NCBI GenBank assembly: GCA_963700145.1
Contig: OY969474.1
Location: 3,392,001-3,456,000 of the forward strand
Direction: 5' to 3'
Length of the DNA: 64,000 bases
DNA from: an uncultured Acidobacteriota bacterium
GTDB lineage: Bacteria; Acidobacteriota; Thermoanaerobaculia; Multivoradales; UBA5704
Positions 8,708 to 17,300 of this stretch are shown here, piece by piece. The position numbers and the translations under genes are program-made. The notes beneath the pieces were generated by a model. It did no database searches and was not told the DNA's origin. It worked only from the letters and a program-made list of their open reading frames with translations. Each line of letters begins with the position of its first letter. Within the stretch, counting starts at the first letter, position 1.

Positions 8708-8821
8708 ATGTCCAGGAAGCTCGTGATCGGCCTCGCTCTGGCGGTCGGGCTCCTCACCTCGGCGGCGGCTTGGGCGGCGGAGGCCGCCTGCTGCTGCCCG
8801 GGGTGTTGCCCCTGCTGCTAG
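8708..8821 (+). CDS. 37-aa secreted Cys-rich peptide (absent from the ORF track)
   Basis: SD GAAAGGAG, ATG at 8708, MSRKLVIGLALAVGLLTSAAAWAAEAACCCPGCCPCC, TAG at 8819-8821. Confidence 0.7.
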   Translation: MSRKLVIGLALAVGLLTSAAAWAAEAACCCPGCCPCC

Positions 8822-9411
8822 CGCCCGGCGACGCGCCGGCCGCGGAACCGTCCTCGGCCGGCGCCCGCCCATCTCTCGCGCCGCACGAGCGGCAGCGGCT
8901 GCACGACCTGCTGGTGCGGCTCGCCGACGGCGACCGCGGCGCCTTCGATCCGCTGTTCGCGGCGCTCTGGCCGCTGGCCCGCCGCTTCGCCGCCCGCCTG
9001 CTCGCCGCGCCGGCCGACGCCGAGGACGCCGCGCAGCAGGCGCTGATCAAGCTCTTCGCGCACGCCAGCGCGTTCGACCGCGGGCGCGACGCGCTCGCCT
9101 GGGTGCTCGGCATCGTGGCCTGGGAGTGCCGGACGGTGCGCCGGCGGGCCGGACGCCGGCGCGAGGAGCCGCTCGGGGACGCGCCGGACGCGCCCGCCGT
9201 CCCTTCCGCCGAGGCGGAGATCGTCGAGCGCGACCTGCTGGCGGCGGTGGGCGAGGTGCTCGGCACACTGCGGCCGGCGGAGGCCGAGGCGATCCTCGCC
9301 GCCGCCGCGGGCCGGCGCCCGGCGGCCGGCGCCGCCGCCTTCCGCAAGCGGCTGGAGCGGGCGCGGCGCCGCCTGCGCGAGGCCTGGAGGGTCAAGCATG
9401 GAACGAAGTGA
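8803..9411 (+). CDS. ECF-family RNA polymerase sigma factor (start uncertain: GTG 8803 or TTG 8806)
   Basis: LADGDRGAFDPLF...DAEDAAQQALIKLF...LAWVLGI (region 2) and FRKRLERARRRLR (region 4). Confidence 0.85.
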   Translation: MLPLLLAPGDAPAAEPSSAGARPSLAPHERQRLHDLLVRLADGDRGAFDPLFAALWPLARRFAARLLAAPADAEDAAQQALIKLFAHASAFDRGRDALAWVLGIVAWECRTVRRRAGRRREEPLGDAPDAPAVPSAEAEIVERDLLAAVGEVLGTLRPAEAEAILAAAAGRRPAAGAAAFRKRLERARRRLREAWRVKHGTK

Positions 9412-9925
9412 CCTCGCCGCCCGCGCCCGCCGCGCCTACGAGCTGGGACGGCTGCGCACGACCCTGCCGGTGGCCCTCTTCGCGGTGCCGCCGGCGGTCG
9501 TGGCGCTGCGGATCTGCGGCGGCGGCGGGCTGACGATCGGCCTCGCCGTCCTCCTCGCGGCGGCGCTCGTCGCCGCGCACTGGCGGGGCGAGGAAGCGGC
9601 GAAAGGGGCCGGCGCGGGCCTCCTCGCCGGGGCGTTCGCCTTCCTGGTGCCGGTCGTGGCGAACGGCACGGGGCTCTGCCCGCTCTCGGCGTCGCCGCTC
9701 ATGCTCGCGCTCTGCTGCGGCGGCGGGCTGGCGAGCGGCGGCGTGCTCGCCGCCTGCGCACTGCGCCGCCCGACGCGCGCGCCGCTCTACCTCCTGGCCG
9801 GCGGCGTCGTGGCGGTCCTGACCGGCGGGCTCGGCTGTCTGATCGCCGGCTTCGCCGGCCTCGCCGGCGTCACGGCGGGGATCGCCTTCGGTCTGGCGCC
9901 CGCGATGCGCCTGGCGCGCACCTAG
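9398..9925 (+). CDS. Membrane protein, probable anti-sigma factor, with several Cys
   Basis: Overlaps the sigma stop codon; about 6 hydrophobic segments; Cys in RIC, GLCP, LCC, ACA and LGC. Confidence 0.7.
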   Translation: MERSDLAARARRAYELGRLRTTLPVALFAVPPAVVALRICGGGGLTIGLAVLLAAALVAAHWRGEEAAKGAGAGLLAGAFAFLVPVVANGTGLCPLSASPLMLALCCGGGLASGGVLAACALRRPTRAPLYLLAGGVVAVLTGGLGCLIAGFAGLAGVTAGIAFGLAPAMRLART

Positions 9926-9935
9926 GGCGCGACCA

Positions 9936-10511
9936 TCACCGGAAGCGCGTTGCGATTCCCTGCCGGATCGCCCGCGCGGCGATGTCGCGCACGGCTTCCT
10001 CGACGACTCGTTCGACGCTCTCCTCCCTGCGGTCCAGCTCTCGCTCGTCCGTCTCGAAGGTTCGCAACTCGCGCTCGGCCTCGCGCAGTCGCTGCTCGAG
10101 ATCGCGCAGCCTGCGTTCATCCTCCGCCGAGAGCTCCTCTTCGGAATCACCGATCTCGTCGACCTGCTCTTCGAGCCGTTCCGCGCGCGCCTCGAACGGC
10201 TCCATCTTCCGCTCCAGAGCGCGCTGCTCCCGATCGAGCGCATCGAGCGGCGCGAAAGCCTTCGCGAGCTCGGCGAGGACGGCCGAATCGCGGATGACGA
10301 ACTCGCGTCCGTCGAGGCGAACCCAGAGATACGGGCCCGTCTTGAGCTTTTTCTGCACATGCTCGAGGTCGGCGATGCTGCCGCGAAGATGGAGCGACCG
10401 CGCGTGCACGTCCGGCCGATAGATGTACGGGAACCGATCTTCGGCGCCAGCAACCATCGCTGCAAAGAGAGCGGCTGCGAAGAGAGCGAGAAGTGCCGTA
10501 ATTCGTCGCAT
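9936..10511 (-). CDS. Secreted coiled-coil hypothetical protein
   Basis: Signal peptide, YLWVRLDGREFVIRD segment, and a long E/R-rich coiled coil. Confidence 0.75.
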   Translation of the reverse strand: MRRITALLALFAAALFAAMVAGAEDRFPYIYRPDVHARSLHLRGSIADLEHVQKKLKTGPYLWVRLDGREFVIRDSAVLAELAKAFAPLDALDREQRALERKMEPFEARAERLEEQVDEIGDSEEELSAEDERRLRDLEQRLREAERELRTFETDERELDRREESVERVVEEAVRDIAARAIRQGIATRFR

Positions 10512-10557
10512 ACCCGTTGGACGACGGCGGCGGCGCGAAGTTAGCTGAGCCGGCGCT

Positions 10558-11097
10558 CTACCCGGCCTCCTCCACCCACCCCGGCCGCCGCCAAGTGCGC
10601 TCGCGGCCGGGCACCGGCTGGAGCCCCGCCGCCTCCAGCCGCTCGCCGAGGAGCGCCAGGAACCGGTGCTGGCCGCGGACGATGGCGAGGTTCAAGAAGA
10701 GCTCGCGCGCGGTGCCGCGGCGCTCAACGACGAAGCGCAGCGCTTCGGTCGCCGGGCGGGGCGCGCAGGCGAGGATCCGGACGTACGGCACGCGCCGCGG
10801 GCGGAAGGTGTGGAGCGGCTGGTAGAGGAGGGCATCGTCGTCGAGCGCCACCGCGGGCTTCCCCGCCGTCCACCAGATCTTCGCCAGCGTGAGGAGGAAG
10901 AGCAGGCCGTAGGCGGCCAGGACGCCGAAGGCCCGCCCCCAGGCCTCGCGCTCGCCTTCGGAGAAGAGCCAGACGACCGCGCCGAGCGCCAGGACCGCGC
11001 CGACGCCCCAGATCATCGCCCGCAGGCTGGTGCGCCGCACCCAGGGGCGGAAGGGGAAGGTTTCGGCGGCCACGTGGGTGGATCCTAGGAGAACCAC
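10558..11097 (-). CDS. Membrane hypothetical protein (2 TM segments plus soluble domain); start uncertain
   Basis: Two hydrophobic helices; codon style matches the host. Confidence 0.65.
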   Translation of the reverse strand: MVLLGSTHVAAETFPFRPWVRRTSLRAMIWGVGAVLALGAVVWLFSEGEREAWGRAFGVLAAYGLLFLLTLAKIWWTAGKPAVALDDDALLYQPLHTFRPRRVPYVRILACAPRPATEALRFVVERRGTARELFLNLAIVRGQHRFLALLGERLEAAGLQPVPGRERTWRRPGWVEEAG

Positions 11098-11138
11098 ATG
11101 GCAGAAGAACCCCCTGCGTCAACACGAGATCCCTGGGT

Positions 11139-11232
11139 TGTCATCCTGAGCGCAGCGAAGGATCTGGGCGGGGGAAGGCAAGGTCTTCGCGCCACCCTGC
11201 CCCCAGATCCCTCGCTCACGCTCGGGATGACA
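11139..11232. repeat. REP-like palindromic element
   Basis: TGTCATCCTGAGCGCAGCGAAGGATCTG...CAGATCCCTCGCTCACGCTCGGGATGACA forms a long inverted repeat. Confidence 0.8.
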
Positions 11233-11260
11233 GGCGCGGATGGGTTAGCCTTGCGCACCC

Positions 11261-12565
11261 GTGTCTTCTGTCCCTACCGACCTGACGCGCCGTGCGGTGC
11301 TCAAGGGGTCGCTCGCCCTGCCGTTGGCGGCGCGTGCCGGCGCCGCGGGGAGCCGCTCGGCCAACGGCCCCTCCCCACGCGAACGCGGCAAGCCGCACGT
11401 GGCGGTCGTCGGCGCCGGCGCCTTCGGCGGCTGGACGGCGCTCCACCTGCGCCGCCGCGGCGCGCGCGTCACGCTGCTCGACGGCTGGGGCCCCGGCAAC
11501 GCCCGCGCCAGCTCCGGCGGCGAGACGCGGGTGATCCGCGGCCTCTACGGGCCCGACCGCGTCTACGTCGATTGGGTGGTGCGCTCGTTCGCGCTCTGGC
11601 GCGAGCTCGAGCGCGCCGTCGGCCAGACGCTCTACCGCCCGACCGGCGCCCTCTGGCTCTTCCGCGGCGACGACGGCTACGCCCGCGTCTCGGCGCCGCT
11701 GGTGCGCGCGGCGGGGCTCGCCGTCGAGGAGCTGTCGCTGGCCGACGCGGCGCGGCGCTTCCCGCAGGTGCGCTTCGACGGTGTGCGCGGGGTCTGGCTC
11801 GAGCCGGAGGCGGGGTACCTCCTCGCCCGCCGCGCCTGCGCAACGGTCGTCGAGCGCTTCGTCGCCGCCGGGGGCGAGTACCGCGAGCTGGCGGTGCGCC
11901 CGGGCGCCGTCGAGAGCGGGCGCCTCGGGCCGCTCGCGCTCTCCGACGGGTCGACGCTGGCCGCCGACGCTTACGTCTTCGCCTGCGGCCCCTGGCTCGG
12001 CCGGCTCCTGCCCGAGGCGGTGGGAGCACGCGTCCGCCCGTCGCGCCAGGAGGTCTTCTTCTTCGGCACCCCGGCGGGCGACCCGCGCTGGAGCGAGGAG
12101 CGGCTGCCGGTGTGGATCGACTTCGGCGAGCGCGTCTTCTACGGCGTCCCGGGCAACGAGCGGCGCGGGCTCAAGGTCGCCGACGACACCCGCGGCGAGG
12201 CCTTCGACCCCGACGGCGGCGAGCGCACGCCCAGCGCCGAGGGCCTGGCGCGCGCCCGCGCCCTCCTCGCAGAGCGCTTCCCCGACTTGGCCGGCGCGCC
12301 GCTGCTGGAGTCGCGCGTCTGCCAGTACGAGAACAGCCCCGACGGCCACTTCCTGCTCGGCCCGCACCCGCAGGCGGCCAACGCCTGGCTCGCCGGCGGC
12401 GGCTCCGGCCACGGCTACAAGCTGGGGCCGGCGGTGGGCGAGCACGTCGCCGCGCTCGTGCTCGGCGACGCCGAGCCGATCCCGATGTTCCGCCCCGACC
12501 GCGCGATCCCCGAGGACGCGCGCGAAGACCAGCTCTCGGCCGGCGAGGAGAAGAAGCCGCGATGA
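11261..12565 (+). CDS. Tat-exported FAD-dependent oxidoreductase (sarcosine oxidase/DAO family)
   Basis: Tat motif LTRRAVLKG; VVGAGAFGG, ASSGGETRVIR, CQYENSPDGHF, GGSGHGYK. Confidence 0.9.
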   Translation: MSSVPTDLTRRAVLKGSLALPLAARAGAAGSRSANGPSPRERGKPHVAVVGAGAFGGWTALHLRRRGARVTLLDGWGPGNARASSGGETRVIRGLYGPDRVYVDWVVRSFALWRELERAVGQTLYRPTGALWLFRGDDGYARVSAPLVRAAGLAVEELSLADAARRFPQVRFDGVRGVWLEPEAGYLLARRACATVVERFVAAGGEYRELAVRPGAVESGRLGPLALSDGSTLAADAYVFACGPWLGRLLPEAVGARVRPSRQEVFFFGTPAGDPRWSEERLPVWIDFGERVFYGVPGNERRGLKVADDTRGEAFDPDGGERTPSAEGLARARALLAERFPDLAGAPLLESRVCQYENSPDGHFLLGPHPQAANAWLAGGGSGHGYKLGPAVGEHVAALVLGDAEPIPMFRPDRAIPEDAREDQLSAGEEKKPR

Positions 12566-12600
12566 GGCACAACGGTGAGGCGCGGCAACCGGGTGATGAC

Positions 12601-14367
12601 ATGGGACGCCTGCTGCTGTCCCTTTTGACGTTCCTCCTGCTCGCCGCAGCCGCGCCGGCGGCCGAGCCCTCGGCGGCCTCGCGCGCGCTCGCCGCGGTCC
12701 TCGACGAGCACTGGCGGCACCGGCTGGAGACCGAGGCGCCGCTGCGCCTGCGGCGCGGGCTGCCGGTCCAGGAGCTCCTCGACCTCTCGTTCGCGGCGGC
12801 GGAGCGCGAGGCAGCCTTCGCGCGCGCCCTCCTCGGCCGCCTCGCGGCGATCGATCCGCGCGGGCTCGACCACGAGGAGGGCCTGTCGCTCGCCATCCTG
12901 CGCTGGGACCTGGAGCGCGTCGCCGAGTCGCCGGCGCGCTTCTGGCACTTCTTCCAGGTCACCCCGTACGTCTGGACCTTCACCGGCGTCAACGACGTCC
13001 TCGTCCGCCACCAGTTCGCGGCGAAGGACGACCTGGCGCGCTACCTCCGCCTCCTCGGGCAGTACCCGGGGCGGATCGACCAGCTGCGCGCCAACCTGGC
13101 GACCCAGCGCGGCAAGGGGATCCTGCTGCCCAAGGAGGAGCTGGACCTGGTCGTGCCGATCTTCCGCTCGCTGATGCAGCCGCCGGCCCAGGGGCCGTTC
13201 GCGGTCGCCGCCGAGCGGCTGGCGGGGCTCGACGCGAAGGCCCTCCGAGGCTTCCGCGCCGAGGTCGAGCGGCTGGTCGCCGGGCAGGTCAACCCGGCGC
13301 TCGAGCGCCTCCTCGCCGACCTCGGCCCCGACTACCGCGCCGCCGCGCCCGACCGCGTGGGGCTCGGCCAGTACCCCGGCGGCGAGGACGTCTACCGCTG
13401 GCTCGTGCGCTACCACACGACGCTCGACCTGACGCCCGAGGAGGTCCACCAGCGCGGCCTCGCCGAGGTGGAGCGGCTCAACGGCCGCATGGCCGAGGTG
13501 CGCCGCACGCTCGGCTTCACCGGCACCAAGGCCGAGTTCCACGAGAAGCTCCGCCGCGACCCGCGCTTCTTCGCCAAGACCCCGGAGGAGGTGGGCGAGC
13601 GGCTGATGCGGCCGGTGCGGGTGGTCGAGCCGCTGGTGCCGCGCTTCTTCCTGCGCACGCCGAAGGCGCCCTACGGCGTCAGCCGGCTCGACCCGCGCCT
13701 CGAAGGGTCGCTTACCTTCGGCTACTACCAGATGCCGACGCCGGAGGAGCCGAAGGGCCTCTACCTCTACAACGGCTCGAAGCTCGACGAGCGGCCGCTG
13801 GTCAACGCCGCGGCGCTGATGCTCCACGAGCTGGTGCCCGGCCACCACTTCCAGATCGCGCTGCAGGCCGAGAACGCGGCGCTCCCCCCGTCCCGCCGCG
13901 AGGGTGGGTACACGGCCTACGTCGAGGGGTGGGGGGAGTACGCCTCGGAGCTGGGGCTCGAGATGGGCGTCTACGAGGACCCCTACGACCTCTACGGCCG
14001 TCTGGGGATGGACATGTTCCTCTCGACGCGCCTGGTCGTGGACACCGGTATGCACGCCCTCGGCTGGTCGCGCCAGCGCGCCGCCGAGTTCATGCTCGAG
14101 AACGCGCTCGAGACGCCGGCGCAGGTGCACACCGAGACCCTGCGCTACGCCGTCGACCTCCCCGGCCAGGCCCTCGCCTACAAGACCGGCTCGACGGCGC
14201 TCAAGGCGCTGCGCGCCAAGGCCGAGCAGGCCCTCGGCGAGCGCTTCGACGTGCGGCGCTTCCACGACGCGGTGCTCGGCAGCGGCTCGATGCCGCTGAC
14301 GGTGCTGGAGCAGCACATCGACTGGTGGATCGAAGAGGAACGCCGGAATCGTCATTCCGAGCGCTAG
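12601..14367 (+). CDS. DUF885 family exported protein
   Basis: Signal peptide; HELVPGHHFQ, AYVEGWGEYA, RLVVDTGMH, PGQALAYK, FHDAVL. Alternative start at 12562. Confidence 0.9.
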   Translation: MGRLLLSLLTFLLLAAAAPAAEPSAASRALAAVLDEHWRHRLETEAPLRLRRGLPVQELLDLSFAAAEREAAFARALLGRLAAIDPRGLDHEEGLSLAILRWDLERVAESPARFWHFFQVTPYVWTFTGVNDVLVRHQFAAKDDLARYLRLLGQYPGRIDQLRANLATQRGKGILLPKEELDLVVPIFRSLMQPPAQGPFAVAAERLAGLDAKALRGFRAEVERLVAGQVNPALERLLADLGPDYRAAAPDRVGLGQYPGGEDVYRWLVRYHTTLDLTPEEVHQRGLAEVERLNGRMAEVRRTLGFTGTKAEFHEKLRRDPRFFAKTPEEVGERLMRPVRVVEPLVPRFFLRTPKAPYGVSRLDPRLEGSLTFGYYQMPTPEEPKGLYLYNGSKLDERPLVNAAALMLHELVPGHHFQIALQAENAALPPSRREGGYTAYVEGWGEYASELGLEMGVYEDPYDLYGRLGMDMFLSTRLVVDTGMHALGWSRQRAAEFMLENALETPAQVHTETLRYAVDLPGQALAYKTGSTALKALRAKAEQALGERFDVRRFHDAVLGSGSMPLTVLEQHIDWWIEEERRNRHSER

Positions 14368-14379
14368 CTCAGGATGACA
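14351..14379. repeat. Collapsed copy of the REP-like element
   Basis: GTCATTCCGAGCGCTAGCTCAGGATGACA has the same termini as 11139-11232 but lacks the centre. Confidence 0.65.
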
Positions 14380-14388
14380 ACTTCACCT

Positions 14389-17300
14389 TCAGCTCCCTAG
14401 AGATTTCAACTGCTGGTTCGCGACCGCCAGCATCGCCAGGTCGGGCGCGGCGACCGACTGCAGCTCGGCCAGGAGCTGCTCGGTGCGCGCCACCTGCGGG
14501 CGGCGCGCCTCGCTCCAGGCCTCGAGCAGCCGCTCGGGGGGGAGGCCGTCGGTCGCCCCGGCGAGGACGCGCGCGGTCAAGACGCTCTGGTGGCCGTAGA
14601 GGTCGTCGACGATCGCCGAGACCGCCAGCTTGTTCCAGGCGTTGTCGGTCGGCAGCCCGAGCGCCGCCCGCCGCAGCCAGTCGAAGCCGAAGCGGTCCCC
14701 CACCGCGAAGTAGGTGCGCGCCACCCGCGCCACGCCGACCCCGGCGTCGCGCGCCAGGCGCACGATGTCGAGCACCGGCGCCAGGTGCCCGAGCGCCGCC
14801 ACCCGCCGGGCCAGCTCCTCCGGCACGCCGGGCTGGGCGAAATCAGCGGCGCGCTCGTGCAGGAGCTTGCGGTCGGACGCGGAGAGGTAGCCCTCGAGGC
14901 CCTCCGCCAGCTCGCGCACGCTCGGGCCGTAGGCGGCGATCAGGCCGCTGATGTCGATCTTGCCGCTGGTGGCGCGCAGGAACCAGGTGGCGCCGCGCTC
15001 GACCGCCCGCCCGCACTCGGCGAGCATCGCCGCCTGCACCGCCGCCGGCGCGCGGTTGTCGAGCCCCTCGATGTCGCGCCAGAGGGCGCGCATCGCGAAG
15101 ACCTCGCGCGCCACGACGTAGGCCGCCCCCACCTCCGGCGCCCCCATCCCGGTGCGCTCGCGCACCTCGTGGACGAAGGCGACGCCGACGCGGTTGACCA
15201 TGCTGTTGGTGACCGCGGTGGCGACGATCTCGCGGCGCAGCCGGTGGCGCCCGATCTCCTCGGCGAAGCGCTCCCGCAGCGGCCGCGGGAAGTAGAGCGC
15301 CAGGTCCTCCCGCAGGAACGGGTCGTCGGGGAGCGGCGAGTGGACGAGCTCGTCGTAGAGGACGATCTTGGCGTACGAGAGGAGCACCGCGAGCTCCGGC
15401 CGCGTCAGGCCGATCCCCTGGGAGAGCCGCGAGGCCAGCGTCTCGTCGTCCGGCAGGTACTCGAGGCGGCGGTCCAGCCGGCCGGCCTTCTCGAGCGCGC
15501 GCATGAAGCGGCCGAGGCGGTCGAGCAGGCGCGCCCCGATCTGGTGGGTGACGGTGAGCGCCTGGGTCTGCAGGTAGTTGTCGCGCAGCACCAGCGCCGC
15601 CACCTCCTCGGTCATGGTTGCCAGCAGCTCGTCGCGCTCGGGGCGCGTCATGCCGCCGGCGCGCTCGACGTCGCCGAGCAGGATCTTGATGTTGACCTCG
15701 TGGTCGGAGCAGTCGACGCCGGCGGAGTTGTCGATCCAGTCGGTGTTGAGGCGGCCGCCGGCGTGGAGCGCGTACTCGATGCGGCCGAGCTGCGTCATCC
15801 CGAGGTTCGCGCCCTCGCCGACCACCTTGACGCGCAGGTCGGCGCCGTCCACCCGTAGCGCGTCGTTGGCGCGGTCGCCGACGTCGGCGTGGCTCTCGTG
15901 GCGCTCCTTGACGTAGGTGCCGATGCCGCCGAACCAGAGGAGCTCGACCGGGGCCTTGAGGATCGCCTGGATCAGCTCGGCCGGCGTCACCTCCTCGGCC
16001 TCGAGGCCGCCGAAGAGGTTGCGCATCTCGGGGGTGACGGCGATCGACTTGGCGCCGCGCTCGAAGACGCCGCCGCCGGGCGCGATGAGCTTCGGGTCGT
16101 AGTCGGCCCAGGAGGAGCGCGGCAGCTCGAAGAGGCGCTGGCGCTCGGCGAAGCTCGCCGCCGGGTCGGGGTCGGGATCGACGAAGACGTGGCGGTGGTC
16201 GAAGGCGGCGAGCAGCTTGGTGTGCGGCGAGCGCAGCAGGCCGTTGCCGAAGACGTCGCCCGACATGTCGCCGACGCCGACGACGGTGAAGTCCTCCTTC
16301 TCGACGTCCTTGCCCAGCTCGCGGAAGTGGCGCTTGACCGACTCCCAGACGCCGCGCGAGGTGATCGCCATCTTCTTGTGGTCGTAGCCGGCCGAGCCGC
16401 CGGAGGCGAAGGCGTCGTCGAGCCAGAAGCCGTACTCGGCGGAGACCGCGTTGGCGATGTCGGAGAAGCTGGCGGTCCCCTTGTCGGCGGCGACGACGAG
16501 GTAGGGGTCGTCGTCGTCGCGGCGCACGACGTCGGGCGGCGGCACGACCTCCTGGCCGCGCAGGTTGTCGGTCAGGTCGAGGAGGCCGCGCATCATCGTC
16601 TTGTAGCAGTCGACGACCTCGGCCATGAGCTTCTCGCGCCCGGCTTCCTGGGGCGGCTGCCGCTTGACGACGAAGCCGCCCTTCGAGCCCACCGGCACGA
16701 TGACGGCGTTCTTGACCATCTGCGCCTTCATCAGGCCGAGGACCTCGGTGCGGAAGTCCTCGCGCCGGTCCGACCAGCGGATGCCGCCGCGTGCCACCTT
16801 GCCGCCGCGCAGGTGGGCCGCTTCGACGCGCGGGCTGTAGATGAAGATCTCGCGGAAGGGGCGGGGCAGCGGCAGCTCCTCGATCTGCCGCGAGTCGAGC
16901 TTGAACGACAGGTAGGGCTTCGGCCCGCCGCCCTCGGCGCGCTGGTAGTAGTTGGTGCGCAGCGTCGCCTCGACGACGTTCAGGTAGCGGCGGAGGATGC
17001 GGTCCTCGTCGAGGTTGGCGACGGCGTCGAGGAGGCGCTCGATCTCGGCGACGATCGCGCGGGCGCGCTTCTCCCGCTCCGCCTCCTGCCGCGCCGGGTC
17101 GAAGCGCACCTCGAAGAGCTCGACCAGCAGGCGCGCCACCTCCGCGTTCTTCGCCAGGGTCTGCTGCATGTAGAACTGGCTGAACGGGATGCGCGCCTGG
17201 CGCAGGAACTTGCAGTAGGCGCGCAGGACGTTGACCTCGCGCGCCACGAGCTTCGCCTTGATGACCAGCTTGTTGAAGCCGTCGCCTTCGATCGCGCCGC

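Noticed and set aside
11098-12600. N-terminal 500 aa of the 1089-aa ORF
   Set aside because: Arg/Ala/Pro-rich shadow frame overlapping the oxidoreductase and a palindromic repeat. The DUF885 protein starts at 12562 or 12601.
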